Shown here: positions 10,624 through 22,915 of the stretch, in pieces
Layout of the letters: the number at the start of each line of letters is the position of its first letter
Position numbering within the stretch: the stretch's first letter is position 1
Translations under genes and position numbers: made by a program
Assembly (NCBI GenBank): GCA_026025075.1
Contig: JAPEUI010000085.1
Coordinates: forward strand, 1 to 64,000
Source: Vezdaea acicularis
Taxonomy: Eukaryota
Length of the DNA stretch: 64,000 bases
Direction of reading: 5' to 3'
Notes under the pieces: model-generated
What the model was told of the DNA's origin: nothing
Database searches by the model: none
Seen by the model: only the letters and a program-made list of their open reading frames with translations

Positions 10624-12281
10624 CTACTTAAAGACCTTCCCGTCAGCCCACTGATAAGTCTTACCGTCGGCAACGACAGGCTTATCCCAGCTCCACTGGT
10701 CCTCGATGAACTCCTTATCCTCCTTCTTAGCAGGGTCGAGCTTGGTGAAGGAGTAGCTCTCGAAGTCGGGAGCGACGTCAAAAGCTTTATCGGCGTCGTG
10801 TCCCTGGACAAGGAAAGCACCGGTGACGATCGAGTTGTTGGCTTCGCCATACACGGAAGCAGCGCCAAAGAGGTACTTGCGGGAGGCCTCGAGACGGTTG
10901 AAGAAGCCGCCGATCAGGTTGGACGTCATGAAGATCATGGTCAGCTCGTCGTTGTACTTGTAGTCGACGCGCCAGAGAGAGTATTCATCTGGTTTGTAGT
11001 GCTCCCAGAACCACGGAAGGGCGTCCTCGCGAGTCTCGGAGTTGGAGTATTTGCGCTTCCAGTCATCAAGGATAAGCGTTGGCTTGGGGAGAAGCTCGAG
11101 CGGATGCTTTGGCTTGGGGGCAGGCTTGTCTTCTTCTTCATCGTCATCTGCTGCGACCTCCTTAGCCTTTGGCTTGGGGGCGGCCTTAGCTTGCTCCTTC
11201 TTTGGGGCGGCTTCCTTCTTGGGTGGAGTGTACTTGATCGCCTCTTCGATGAAGTCGGGCTTCTTGATGGCGGCGTAGATTGGCTGAGCCGTGATTGTCT
11301 CGTACCAACGGGTAAGATTAGGGTTCGCCGAGCGGTACTTCTTGTCAAGGACCTTGTCATAACGTCAGTGCTGCAAAGAGTCAACTTTAGCCGCTGGGTA
11401 AGCTCTTACCAGTTCCATGCCTCGAGAGACAAGACCAGCTACGAAGAGATCGGCGAGGGTGATTCTCTCCCCAACAAGGTAGGTGTGGATCAAGAGGTGC
11501 TTCTCCAAAACCTCCAATGCCTTGAGAGCCGCCTTCTGATTGTCATCAACAATCTTCTTGTTGTATGGATCTTTTCCAGTCAGAGGCCGAGTCCAGCCAG
11601 TAATCTTCGGGAGGACCTCGTGATTTCCGAAGGACATCCACCTCAAGATAGAGGCATAGCTAGAAATCGATGGTAAGAGAGGGTCAGCAGCGGGTTTGGT
11701 TTGGGCTTCACATACTCTTGCTTGGTTTTGCCGAGTAAGGTGGTCTTTTCATTCTGAGAAGTGACTAGATGCTCGTCAGTATCTTAACCATATTCTGGTC
11801 TTGTGAAGGTCGCTGAAGAGAGAGTGCGCGAGGTATGTCCATGCTAAAGATAGCCTTTGCTCAGAGTAGAAAATTCTCAACAGGGATATTCAGACAGGGA
11901 TAACTGAAATTGATAATTTATCTCATCATTGGAAAGTAGGACGGCGCAAACCTCGAAAGAGGGAGATGAAGGAGTAAGGACTTACTGTATATGGCAATTG
12001 CAATAGCTTCAGTAAGAAGATAACCATCTTTGGCTTGGAAAGCGGGTATCTTCATGAGTGGGTTGATCTCAGCATAGCCATCAGGAAACTTTCCGCCTAG
12101 AGGGTCGGTCTCGACGAGTTCTAGGTCAACGTTGTTGGCCTTGGCCACCGCTAGAATCGCGGTTGAACGGCAATTGCGCTACTCGTTTGCATGTCAGAAG
12201 CCGTAGTAATGCAGCATGCAACAACATAAAAGAAAAGATACATAGACTTACAATATGCGTGTAAATCTTTCCAAACGACAT
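10624..12281 (-). CDS. TEF4: Translation elongation factor eEF1B-gamma (GST-like N domain + EF1G C domain), multi-exon
   Basis: MSFGKIYTH..., GST-like LTEAIAIAIY, TYLVGERITLADL, LDDWKRKYSN, FMTSNLIGGFFNRLEASRKY...ADGKVFK*. Confidence 0.95.
11858..11933 (-). ncRNA. snR38: Intronic box C/D snoRNA, snR38-like (guide for LSU rRNA 2'-O-methylation in CAGGGAUAAC)
   Basis: Minus strand ATGATGA (C box) ... AGTTATCCCTGT-CTGA (antisense element + D') ... CTGA (D box), inside a ~220-nt eEF1B-gamma intron. Yeast snR38 lies in the TEF4 intron. Confidence 0.85.
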
Positions 12282-12827
12282 AATGATCGTATTTCTGGGG
12301 CTACTCTAGGAAGTTTTGAGAGTAAAGTAATGTCGAAGGCACCGCCCGATTTTTGGTTTCTCTCGCCAAAGAAAGTTTGTGTGTTCTGTGATGATCGCCG
12401 CTAGAACTTGTAGCTCAACAACGTCCTCATGTACAGTTAAGGTTTTCTTAAGGGAAAATAGTAAAGGGGAAGGGAAAAAAATTGCAAAGATATAATGCTT
12501 CGGTAGCAAATAAGATGCTATTTCAATACATTAGGGGTGTTCAGACCACTTTTGGTCACGATTTTTAGATATCCAGATCACACTGTGTCGAACCGGCAAA
12601 TCCCGCGTAACACCGTAGCAAATGGAGCCTATCCTGATTGAATGTCAAACACAACTATCACAACTCGGCGCTCTTCCAACCACGCAGCATTGCCGCTTGC
12701 TCGTAATCCAGTCGGGATAAGGCTCGTTATGCGTTTAGGACTATCAAACAATTGCCCCCCTGGTTCCGCCTAAAGTCATCCCCTACTGTGTGCGCTCACG
12801 ATCATAACCACCTTCGAAGCAATCAAT

Positions 12828-13920
12828 ATGCGAGTTATATGGTCTCCATCCAGCGTCCGACAAAGCGTCTGCCAGTTACGTCGCCAGAAGCGGCAGTGTC
12901 TTTCGCCCAGCGGACCCAGTAATGTTGGCTATACACATCAACGTCGAAATGTCATCCGGAAATTCGCGACATCGTCGCGGCGACTTCGGCCAATCTCAGC
13001 AGAAGAAATAGACATCAGCACAAACTCCCCAGGGCTGATACCTGGCCCTGAAATAGCTCGCGTCATACCGGCATCTCCTTCGTACTTCACTACTGCACCA
13101 GGGTTCTTCGATGAACTTATACATGCACAATATCTTTTTCGTAAATATCAAACTCTCCCTCTGGCACCGACGGAATTATACCAACGAAGTGCATGGAAAT
13201 CTGTGGTCCAGTATAGCATGACGATTGGGGAGCCAATACGACCGAAGAGGTATAGCAAGGTTCTAGCTATTATTCAACGACTAGACAAGATCCACCCATA
13301 TCTTATGCCTCCAGAAGTGGCAGAGACGACAGATAGGTACAAGAGGGAAATAAACCCATATCTCAAGAAAGCGAAACCCCCAACCCTTGACGAGTTTGGA
13401 CGATCTGTTGGCGTTGGACGCAGGAAAGAATCAGCAGCGAGAGTGATGCTGGTCGAAGGAGAAGGCGAAGTTCTCATCAATGGAAAGTCCATCACGGACG
13501 TTTTCCCCCGCATACACGATCGGGAGAGCGCCTTGTGGCCTCTGAAGATCACCTCAAGGATCGATAAGTATAATGTATGGGCACTCGTGAAAGGGGGGGG
13601 ATCAACAGGACAGGCAGAGGCAATCACATTAGGATTAGCTCGAGCGTTGTTGGTGCACGAACCATTGCTAAAACCGGCACTTCGTCGAGGTAAGCTCTCT
13701 ACAAAAGCTCAATAAATTCCACTCCCTACAACTCTTTACCCCTACTTCATTACATTCAAGTCTGACTGGCTTCCTACGTCCTACATTCCTCTCTCGTAGC
13801 TACGTAGGCTAACCTGTCCTATTTACAGCTGGCTGTGTGACCCGCGACCCACGCATGGTAGAACGAAAGAAACCAGGACACCTAAAAGCGAGGAAGATGC
13901 CTCAATGGGTCAAGAGATAG
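12828..13920 (+). CDS. MRPS9: Mitochondrial small-subunit ribosomal protein S9 (uS9m)
   Basis: Basic presequence; [40 protein letters not shown], intron 13690-13828, then [30 protein letters not shown]. Confidence 0.95.
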
Positions 13921-15099
13921 AGGGGAACATCCACTTTTAAAGCCAGGGCACCTGTCATATCGACCTTAGTACCGTGGGTGCATGGAGTCCAATGGTCTTT
14001 TGAGTCAACTCAATAGTATGTAGGTATCAGATGGGCGAGTGTCGGTCGCATCAAGCGTTAGTCGCATGCATTTGCGAGAGGCTCAGTGAGAATACCTGGC
14101 CGCGCTGGTCGTATTCATCAAGTTAGATGCAGTAATCACCAAGGCGCTGCGTGGATAGACAACCGTTTCTCTACAGCAAAGTTTCTTAGCTAGCAGAATC
14201 CATTTCGTCAAATCTAGGGGATTCCAATTTCTGATTGACCGACCGACTTGCAGATCTCGTAGTACGCTCAGGCCCAGGAAAAATGCGTCACATAACGTGG
14301 CGAGGTTTTCGATCTGCAGGGTGGGCGGGAGAGCGCCGTAAAGGAATTCTCAACCCGGATTGCGGGACAAATTGAACACGCTACGATACCCGAGCGGCAG
14401 GAGTTGTGAGACTGATGCCCACCCGCTTACTCGTCGCCATGTGGCTGCTCACTCCGTTCTAATGCCTTGAGAAACGCACTTGACGCCCGTCTGGCTCAAA
14501 TCCTGACCGAGGAAACTCCGGTAACAAAGCCAATACTTTAGAGCTGCAGGTTAGTGTTGTGTTCGCGCGTATTGGCGTTGGTCGTAGTGAGCAAGCTGTA
14601 TCTCCTCGATCCGAATGTGCTTGCGATCATCACCCGAGGCCACTGATGTCAAACACCGTCCAGGTTTCAGGTTGGATGCAAAATAATTCGCCGAAGATCT
14701 GACCGGTCCCCCTCGAGCAATCCCCCATTAGAACCATTGGCGGTGGTCTCTGTGACGAAAAAGCATGCCTAATACGACATGACAAGTATTATGTGAACGA
14801 TTTCATCCTGACCCTTTACGGCCCAATCACCTCTGGTTGAGCTTCACTAGGATATAGCTATCGTGCCATCAAGTTCACCGAATCTATCTCGGTCCTCCGA
14901 AGACGTCGTGGGGAACCATCACCTGCTGAAGCTCCCCGACTATCTTGGAAGTGGCAAAAGTAACCGACTCTTCATTGGGAGCTGAAACGCAAGAGCGGGA
15001 TTCAGTATCTCACTAAGCATTAGAGTCAGATCCTCGGATGAGCCTGACGACAAGCTTGCGTTCGTGAGGAGGTTTTGCCCGATGGCGTCTACGGATCCA

Positions 15100-15440
15100 T
15101 AGGCCTCGTGAAAATCAACAGTTTCTCTTCACAGGGGCTTCCGTGCACGAACCCCAAAATGTCTCGAATCCTCGCGGATCGCAAAGGCTTCGCGCACTAG
15201 ACGAGCGATGCTTCCCAGCCCTCGAAAAGGATTGGTATATCACTCATCTACACTGCAGAGAAAGAGCGAAAACTTGTCCGTCGTCTGGTAGAAGATCCTT
15301 TTGATCACGGGAAGGGGAATGTGATGCATATTTGTCCTCGCGGTTCCAAAGGTACTGAACGGACTTGGGCGTATCTTGGTTCTATTGCACGCGACAGACG
15401 CTCCTCGGAGAGATGCATCTTACCCTGCCCGTAGAAACAG
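15100..15440 (+). pseudogene. Possible decayed GNAT acetyltransferase fragment
   Basis: Frame-shifted peptides ALDERCFPALEKDWYITHL / LQRKS / RRLVEDPFDHGKGNVMHICPRGSKGTERTWAYLG resemble fungal GNAT motifs A/B (WYL..L....Q.RG.G..LV.WG...A.......L.AS..G..LY..LG); no intact ORF. Confidence 0.28.
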
Positions 15441-16939
15441 CACTTGGCGCCAGCTCCTCCTACAACATCGGAGTAGCATGGTGTATCTTGCTCGGCTCAA
15501 GACGCCCAATAGTCCACCTTGACCATGGAAAGATTCAACCAAGCGCAATAGCCATTGGAATTCCCGCAGGAGAACCACTGTGGCTGCGAGCCTAACGTGA
15601 CGTGCTTTTACCTCTGCAGCCCTAGGCTATCTGTTTGAAGTGGGCAGCTCTGTAGAGAAGCAAAAGAAGAAAAAAAGAAAGAAAGGCTGCCGGGATAGCA
15701 TTCTAGAAAAATATGGAAGTATACCATGCGAGCTCGGTTTCGTACGTGCACTAGCAAGGGCTTCGATTAGAATGGCACGCTATTAGAAGGTTTTCAGACC
15801 CTGAAGGCTCTTCTGTCAAACACGGCAACGAGCTAACACAAATTTACGTAAACCCAGCACGTAAATATCTTCAGACTTTGCGATCACAGCGGCATGCCAG
15901 CGACCGTTTGGTCCAGCTCATGCCTTGGACGAGAAAGGTGGCTTTACTTCAACTTTGTCGACACCAGGCGTGCACTGCTCACTCTGTAGTACGAGCAGCA
16001 CGATGCGGTCAATAGGCCCAAACTGTAACTGGTCTACCATCAAAGGTCAGAAAGCTTTGAAGTTTCTCGAGTCAATGCAACTTTGCGTGGTATTGGGCTG
16101 AGAGAGCTTCGATGGCGCCCCGCCTTCCACAAATGCCTCCCTGCGATTGATGACCATAATGTCGACGAGCGCACCCATTTTGTGCTTTTTCTCACTTCAC
16201 GTTCTAACCGGGGATGTGCAAAAGCGAGAACGCTGAATTTGACCATCTTTTCGAATCACCCGGCTCTTGATTGAGGACGGTCTTACTAGGTCACTTCAGG
16301 CCTTAGGGTTCGTTATATATCAAGCCCTGAGCGCAGTTCAGTCTACTCTACCGGCAGCTTGCCCGTGAACATCATCTTTTTTTCTACCTACTCAATACTC
16401 AGGCAGTATTACGGACACATTTGATTCTCCTTTCTTTAATTTACTCTGTTCAAACGCACTTTCCACTCTGGCGAATCGGGTTTGGACTGCCACGTGGTGA
16501 AGGGGAGAAAAAGGTTCCTGCATTAACCCTAACTTATGAACAACATATACTCCGGCATTGGCTGTCAAGTTTCCATCCTCCGTGCTGGAAGGTATTAGCA
16601 TGACCGTTGCATGCTCAAAGGCCCGACCATCTTGCTTACGACAATCGCTGAAATATTCTGGTGAGTACGCCCTGAAGTCTCTGAACTCACCCAAATTCTC
16701 ACTTCTTGTCCTTTGTAGGCGTTGTCTTTGGTTTGTGATCCTTCAGACTGTCTCAACCACCGAGCTGGGCCAGTCTTAGCCTCGCCTCTGGCACATAGGA
16801 ATCCAAACAAAAAGACCCTGCCACCGTCAGAAAGCTGGCGCTCCTACAATCCATCGCGGTACCTCCGCCCTCAGCATACCGAGGATCGCCTTTCGATCCG
16901 CTTTCGGGAGAAAGTCTTCCGGAAGCACGAAGCTGGGGG

Positions 16940-18166
16940 ATGGAAGACAACGGTCGGTATCGAAGGCACAATGATCCGTATGCCTACACCACTGTTCCCA
17001 GAATAGGGCAAGATACTCCTCGAAGATCTAGTGGTGTTGATCGGTTTCGAACTCCTTCGTTGGTTTCCCGGGAGCCCGCAGCAGGGGCGTCGCCCTCCGA
17101 ACGTAATGCTACTTACACTGGCTATTACGTGGAGAGCCCCCAATTTTCTATGCCAGCTCTCCAACCCAATCCAATCGCATACCAGTCAGACTTCACGCAG
17201 GACCAACAGAGACAGCCATATTCGCCATACGGCCCCGGCGTGATGTATAGTGTCGCACAACAAAGTGCAGCAAATACATCATATGATGCCTTACAATATC
17301 AACCAACGCCACGCACCTCAACGGCAACGGCTATCGAAGTGGCATCAAGTGGGTTTCCTGATGTCCCATCTTTCTACTCGCCAGCCGAACCAACCACTGG
17401 GGGACCTGTGGCACATCAGCCGGCACCAGCCTATCCTCCTATCACTTATGGCCAGCCAACATCCATGGATCGATCGATGCAACAGCCCTATAATCCAATG
17501 CACGAGTTAGCACCAAGCACGCAAGCACCACTCGTGGAACAGCAGGAGTACGAACAACCCTCAAACTACGAAAACGAATTCAACGAGTATCAAACCGAGT
17601 TGAAGAGAACCTTTGAAGCCGTGCGTAATGGTCAATTGAAAGAGGCTAGTAATACACTTTTAAGGATCTCAAACTGGCTTTTGACACATGTTGTTGAACT
17701 GGGTGATTACTATTGATAATACTTTCCGAAACTTTTACAGCTAATCTATTTTAGGCCTTGTGCGAGATGAGGCTTCATTGCATGCAGAGAGGCTCAAGCT
17801 CTGGACCGAGTTTAATCACTGTTGGTTAGCCGTGTTACAAAAGCAGAAAGATATGACCCAAGAAACCATCGATACAGGCCATCATCCACATCTGCCGCAA
17901 AGCCTGATTAGCGAAGGATTTCTAGAGAGACTTGGAAGGGATCTCGTCCATCTGTGTGACGGCATGGAGCGACATGGGCTGGTGGACTACCAAATGGGGG
18001 TCTGGGAGGAAGAAATCATCGAGAGTATGTGACCAATTCCGCAAATTCTCGGAAAGTTCTCCGAACTCTAACCGTAATAGTCCTGCAAGAATGCCTTGAG
18101 CTGCTAGAAGAGAATGACGAAGGTGCCGAAGCAACATCAAACCGAAGCCCTAACGGCCAAAGCTGA
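16940..18166 (+). CDS. Uncharacterised protein: Q/P/Y-rich low-complexity N region + helical C-terminal domain, 3 exons
   Basis: ORFs 16940-17716 and 17760-18032 joined by GT-AG introns; C domain LGLVRDEASLHAERLKLWTEFNHCWLAVLQKQ...LCDGMERHGLVDYQMGVWEEEII; probable 5'UTR intron 16661-16718. Confidence 0.8.
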
Positions 18167-19588
18167 AACGATATATACGACTAATCCTCACAGTAGAAGT
18201 AATACGCGATCATATTAAAATTTCCTCTGCCATCTACACAAAAAGCCAGCAATGAAAGGTACACGTTCTCAGTCTTCCAAGATTGAAGCAGGTCTATTCT
18301 TAGATGCTGTTTGCTGTATCCTTTACAGCGCAAGGCACACGTACACTACACGTTCTGTATAAAACTCGATTGGATCGTTTATGGGCAGGGCACCACAGGG
18401 CATCCTCGGGGAGTTCGGAAAACGGGTCGTCACACGCATGGTTGCTAGGGTCGGGTGTTGTACTGGCTAGGGCGTGCGGGCATGGGAACGGCTTCTGACG
18501 ATAGCTGTTGATCTGTTCCTTCCCTTGTTTGACTTTTTTCCCCGTACCTTGCATGTTTCGTATGCGCTGTCAACATTACCTGTCACTGTTAGAGTTGCGC
18601 TGCTGCTGCTGCTGTGCAGCTGTGCTGTACATAAAACGCATGCTTGCTTGCTTTTTCACCACCAACTGCAGGTACCCGGAGACTTTTCGGCGGCCCCACT
18701 GTCGTATTCTTTCCGCTGGCAAAATGGCACGAGCAAATGCAAATTTTTTGAGGAACCGCACGCTCCTGCTGGCAAACCCCCTTCCGTCGTGCTCTTGTCC
18801 CAAGAAAAAAAATTTGAGGCCCAGCCCCAGCTGCATCTGTGATGGCTTGTCGGTGTTTCATGCCAGCTGTGCAGCGTTGTAGATCAAACGTATGCACGGC
18901 GGCCCATCCGAGGAATCGGCCACGCAGCACCACCCCTCCCCATGCACCCTTCGCGCCTCATCGCTCTGATCCAATCGCACTCTAAAGAATGCGCCTAGCA
19001 CCGCTAGTCAGAAGGGAAAGCCTGCTACTAAATTTTTTTTGGAAAGAAAAGGCAACCTTCGCGTTGTTAGGTCTAGCTTAGGATCGCACTTGTTTTTGAG
19101 GCAATCGCATCGCATTGCTGCATTGCTTTGGCGAGGAAAGGGGTTCAGGCTCTTTTCGGGCAGTAACAGCGCGGCGAGCGGGTGGAAGGGCGGGGAAGCA
19201 AACAAACATCATGGAAGTGGGGTCCGAGAAATGGGAATGCAGAGTTTGATAGGGACGGGGAATGTAACTGGAGAGTGAAGCTACGACGGAGACTTTCATG
19301 TGGGGCTGATGCTTTGGGGGCTGGTTAGGGTGATTGGACGTTGGTGCGAAGTGCGCCGAATGCTTGGCGGCGCAGGTGAAGGCAGGTCTCAAGATGGATG
19401 GGAAGGGGGGGAAATACCCGAGGTGGGGTGGTTGGACTGGACTGGAGATTAGGTGTGACATGATCTTCTCAATCCATTGTAGCGCTGTTCGTCACACATA
19501 AATCTGGCGAAGAGGATGGCACAGTTGGAGCATGCGACTCCTCCAGGGGAATGGATGATGCAATGCTTTGATGTAGAGGTAGTAAGGT

Positions 19589-20497
19589 TTAGAATAGATC
19601 TAGTGAATACAACAACGTTAGGGAACAAAGTCTTGAGAAGCCCGAAAAGTTTCATTTCTAAAAGAATCTTGAGCTTTTGGGATATACCAGCGGTTCTGGT
19701 ATATAAAGACAAGAAGGAAAAAAGGGGATAGCTCACCAAGCGTCATACTCATGCTCACATCCGTATTCTCAACCATCTTCGTGAACTCCTCAAAGCTGAT
19801 CTTTCCATCTCCGTCCAGATCCGCCTCCATAATCGTCTTATCCACAATCTACGCACCCACTCATTAGCCCCAACCCCGCTTCTCCCCACCCCCCCTTGAA
19901 TTATCCCAAACTCACCTGCTGCAACTGTTGATCCTTCAAATTACTGCCCACCATCATCTTGAGCACAATGAAGAGCTCTCCATTCGAGATGAAGTTATCG
20001 CGGTCGATATCATACACCTTGAACGCGAACTTCAGCTTCTCTTCCTTGTTGCCCTTACTCGAGAAGGCGCTGAGGCCGGACACGAATTCTTTGAAGTCGA
20101 CATCGCCGCCGCCGTCCTCGTCGAAGATCGCGATCATTCTGCACGGAGGAGCGCACACGTCAGCCACAGATTTCAAGGCTGCAGGTTAGGGAGTTGAGGA
20201 GAGAGCAAGGGTACTGACCTTGTTGCGAGCGGGTTCGAGGATACTTGGGGAAGGCTGAGGAATTCCTCGCGCTCGATCGTGCCGGAGTTGTCCTATGTCC
20301 TTCAGCCCAGTGCTCGTATCAAGGGAGGAGAATGTTTCCCTAACCTTGTCCAGCTTCATAAACCGTTTCCGTAATCGGTCGACTTCTTCTTTATCAACTG
20401 GAGCGGCGTCAGTCGTTACCTAGCATCTAAGGTGAGGGAGCTGACAATTTGAGCCCAGCGCAATTTTCTCGAACGCCTGCTGACTGGAGTCACCCAT
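19589..20497 (-). CDS. CNB1: Calcineurin regulatory subunit B, multi-exon with tiny terminal exon (DLF*)
   Basis: [64 protein letters not shown]: four EF hands. Confidence 0.96.
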
Positions 20498-21023
20498 TGT
20501 CGCGACAGAATATCAATCTAAGAAAAGGATCTTAGAGCCACGGCGAGCCTCAAATATACGATTTCAAGGGTTCGGGGGAGAGTGGTAGATATAAAAGCCG
20601 GGAGTTTTGCCTAAGGCACACGAGCCCCTCCAAGGCGCCCGCATCGACAGAATTGGCGAGGGCCGATGATTGATATACGGCGCCGCTTTAGTCGTCTTCG
20701 ACCTGGCCACGCCAATCCGAAAACGCTCAAGGCAACAGTGCGCCCGGAGTCTGAGTGGTGGCCTAAGCGAATCCGCCAAACACACTCCAGCCTACGCCTG
20801 CATCATCGCAATTTTCGCACAACCTCACCCGACTACAAGCCGCAAACATTCAAGCAAGGCGGCGGACGGATTCATCAACAACTCGCCACGAGCATCGAAT
20901 TTCATCAAACAAACTCGTTCGCACGAAAACTTGAGATCTAAGCTTTGAGTGCATACGAAAATTAGGATAGGTCGTGACGCAAAATTCTCATGATTTGGTG
21001 AGGATATAGCGACGGCGGCGTCC

Positions 21024-22915
21024 ATGACACGCGCAGGGGCGGCGGGAGCGCGCTTTCGTCAGCGAAAACTCTCGACCAAGCAAACGTTACAGATTCTACG
21101 AGAAGACCAGGTCGAGAGAGTCGACGATGATCCGCAACGCAATATTCCCAAGGTCGAGACCGGTGTCGAGAAGGGCGAGGAAGTCGTAAGTTCACCTAGC
21201 GTGCACCCCTGATATCTCACGTGACCCGGCTTTTTTCCCCAAAAAAAGCCATATCACTTACGTTCGAAGGAACATCATCTCCAAGCCGCAATCTCGGCGT
21301 CGCAAGCTGCTGCGATTGGGGGAAAAGTAGCTCAAATCTCCATCCCTACGCCCATCACCAATCAGAGTAGTCTCCAATATGACAAGCTCTACGCTCTTAG
21401 GTTCTCGCAGCCTGCGACATATATCCGCTTCTCCTCTACCGTCGAGGATAGCGTGGGTTGCCAGTATTGCATGAGCAATGAAGACGATGTATTCATGAAG
21501 ACGTTGAAGCCCAAGCAAAGTACCAAGTCCAATGAATTGATCCGATGTTCAGAAGACCAATTCGAAGAGATAATGTATTTCTTCGAGGATACAGCTCATT
21601 CGAAACAGCCGTACGCCGCTGTAGATAGCCCTCCTGTCCTCTCATTCGAGGACATGGTAGACTTCGATGACACGCTAGACGATGATGCTCGACTCTTCGC
21701 TGAAGACATATATTCCCATTGGCGTGCGCAACGGCTAAAGAAAGGCAATCGATCATTGATCACAAGCCTCAAGGTAAATCGGGCATGTGCTCATTACCCT
21801 GTGGACGCGACGCTAACAGTCTCTAGTTCGAAACTGGTCAGGAAACGGACGATGGTGATCCCTATGTTTGCTTCCGACGAAGAGAAGTGCGGCAAGTAAG
21901 GAAAACTCGAGGCCGAGATGCGCATAGCATCGACAAGCTGAGAGCACTGCGAAACCAACTTGAAGATGCTCGTCAGCTCGTCCAGATAGTGAAGCAGCGT
22001 GAGATATTAAAGAAGGATTCACTCGCAGTAGATAGAAGATTATTTGAACTTCGTTTCAGGTTCAAGCAAGCGCGCAAATCCATCGGAAAGAACGACAATC
22101 TTGATGATGAGCTTTTGATAAACCAGAAGCCGCAAAAGAAACGAGGCCCGGAGTCACCTCAGTCAGCACGCGGTCCAGGCGGTCAACTTGGTCGGATGCC
22201 AATGCGACCCGACGGCCGTGCTGCTGAACTGGAACTCATCCAGTTGAAGGATGTTCTAGAAGAAAAGGCAAGAGAACGTGAGCTCGAAATCCGCCACAAG
22301 GTCGAGCAGCACAAGAAATGGAATACGGGCGTTTTGGACTGTACTCTGACTCCTTTCACACCCGATCCGGAGGAGCATTCCAATGCCGATTTCCATCCAG
22401 CCGTGTTTGAGTATATGCCAACTCCGCCCTCATCTGCTTCGTCGGATATCGCCGGATATAACGAAGATAATCCTGTTGCTTTTGAAAGGAACAATCGGCC
22501 AAGACTGGAAAGAAAAGCTTCACCATCTTTTGAAGAATCGACTGCGAAGCATTCGAGGATCTCGTTCCGCCAAAGAATCGGTAGAGGGGGCCGAAGGTGG
22601 ATGGACAGAAGGTTTAGACCTGTGACACCTGAACCAGACTTGGATCCGAGGATACTAGATCGTTTCAAGTTTGACAAAGATGATGATGATGACCTCCCAA
22701 TCTATCATCGAGATATTTGGTCGACAGATCAGATTGGATTCCGGGCGCAGGTCATGACCTCGCCAAGAGATCAGCAAGCGCATGCGTCCTACCAACAGGC
22801 ACAGTTAGTGGCTCGCAAGCTACAGCAGGACGTGGCCACAAACAGTAGCCAAGGAATGGCGGGTTCTTCAAGTAGTCCACCAAGGCCAGGCCTCTCACTT
22901 GGTCAACCTCAATAA
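21024..22915 (+). CDS. EPL1: Enhancer of polycomb-like protein (NuA4 subunit)
   Basis: ARFRQRKLSTKQTL, VETGVEKGEE|EHHLQAAI, FSQPATYIRFSSTVED, DPYVCFRRREVRQVRKTRGRD, FRQRIGRGGRRWMDR; introns ~21186-21269 and ~21773-21827. Confidence 0.93.

Noticed and set aside
10798..11676. 292-aa + strand ORF
   Set aside because: Antisense shadow of the codon-biased eEF1B-gamma gene
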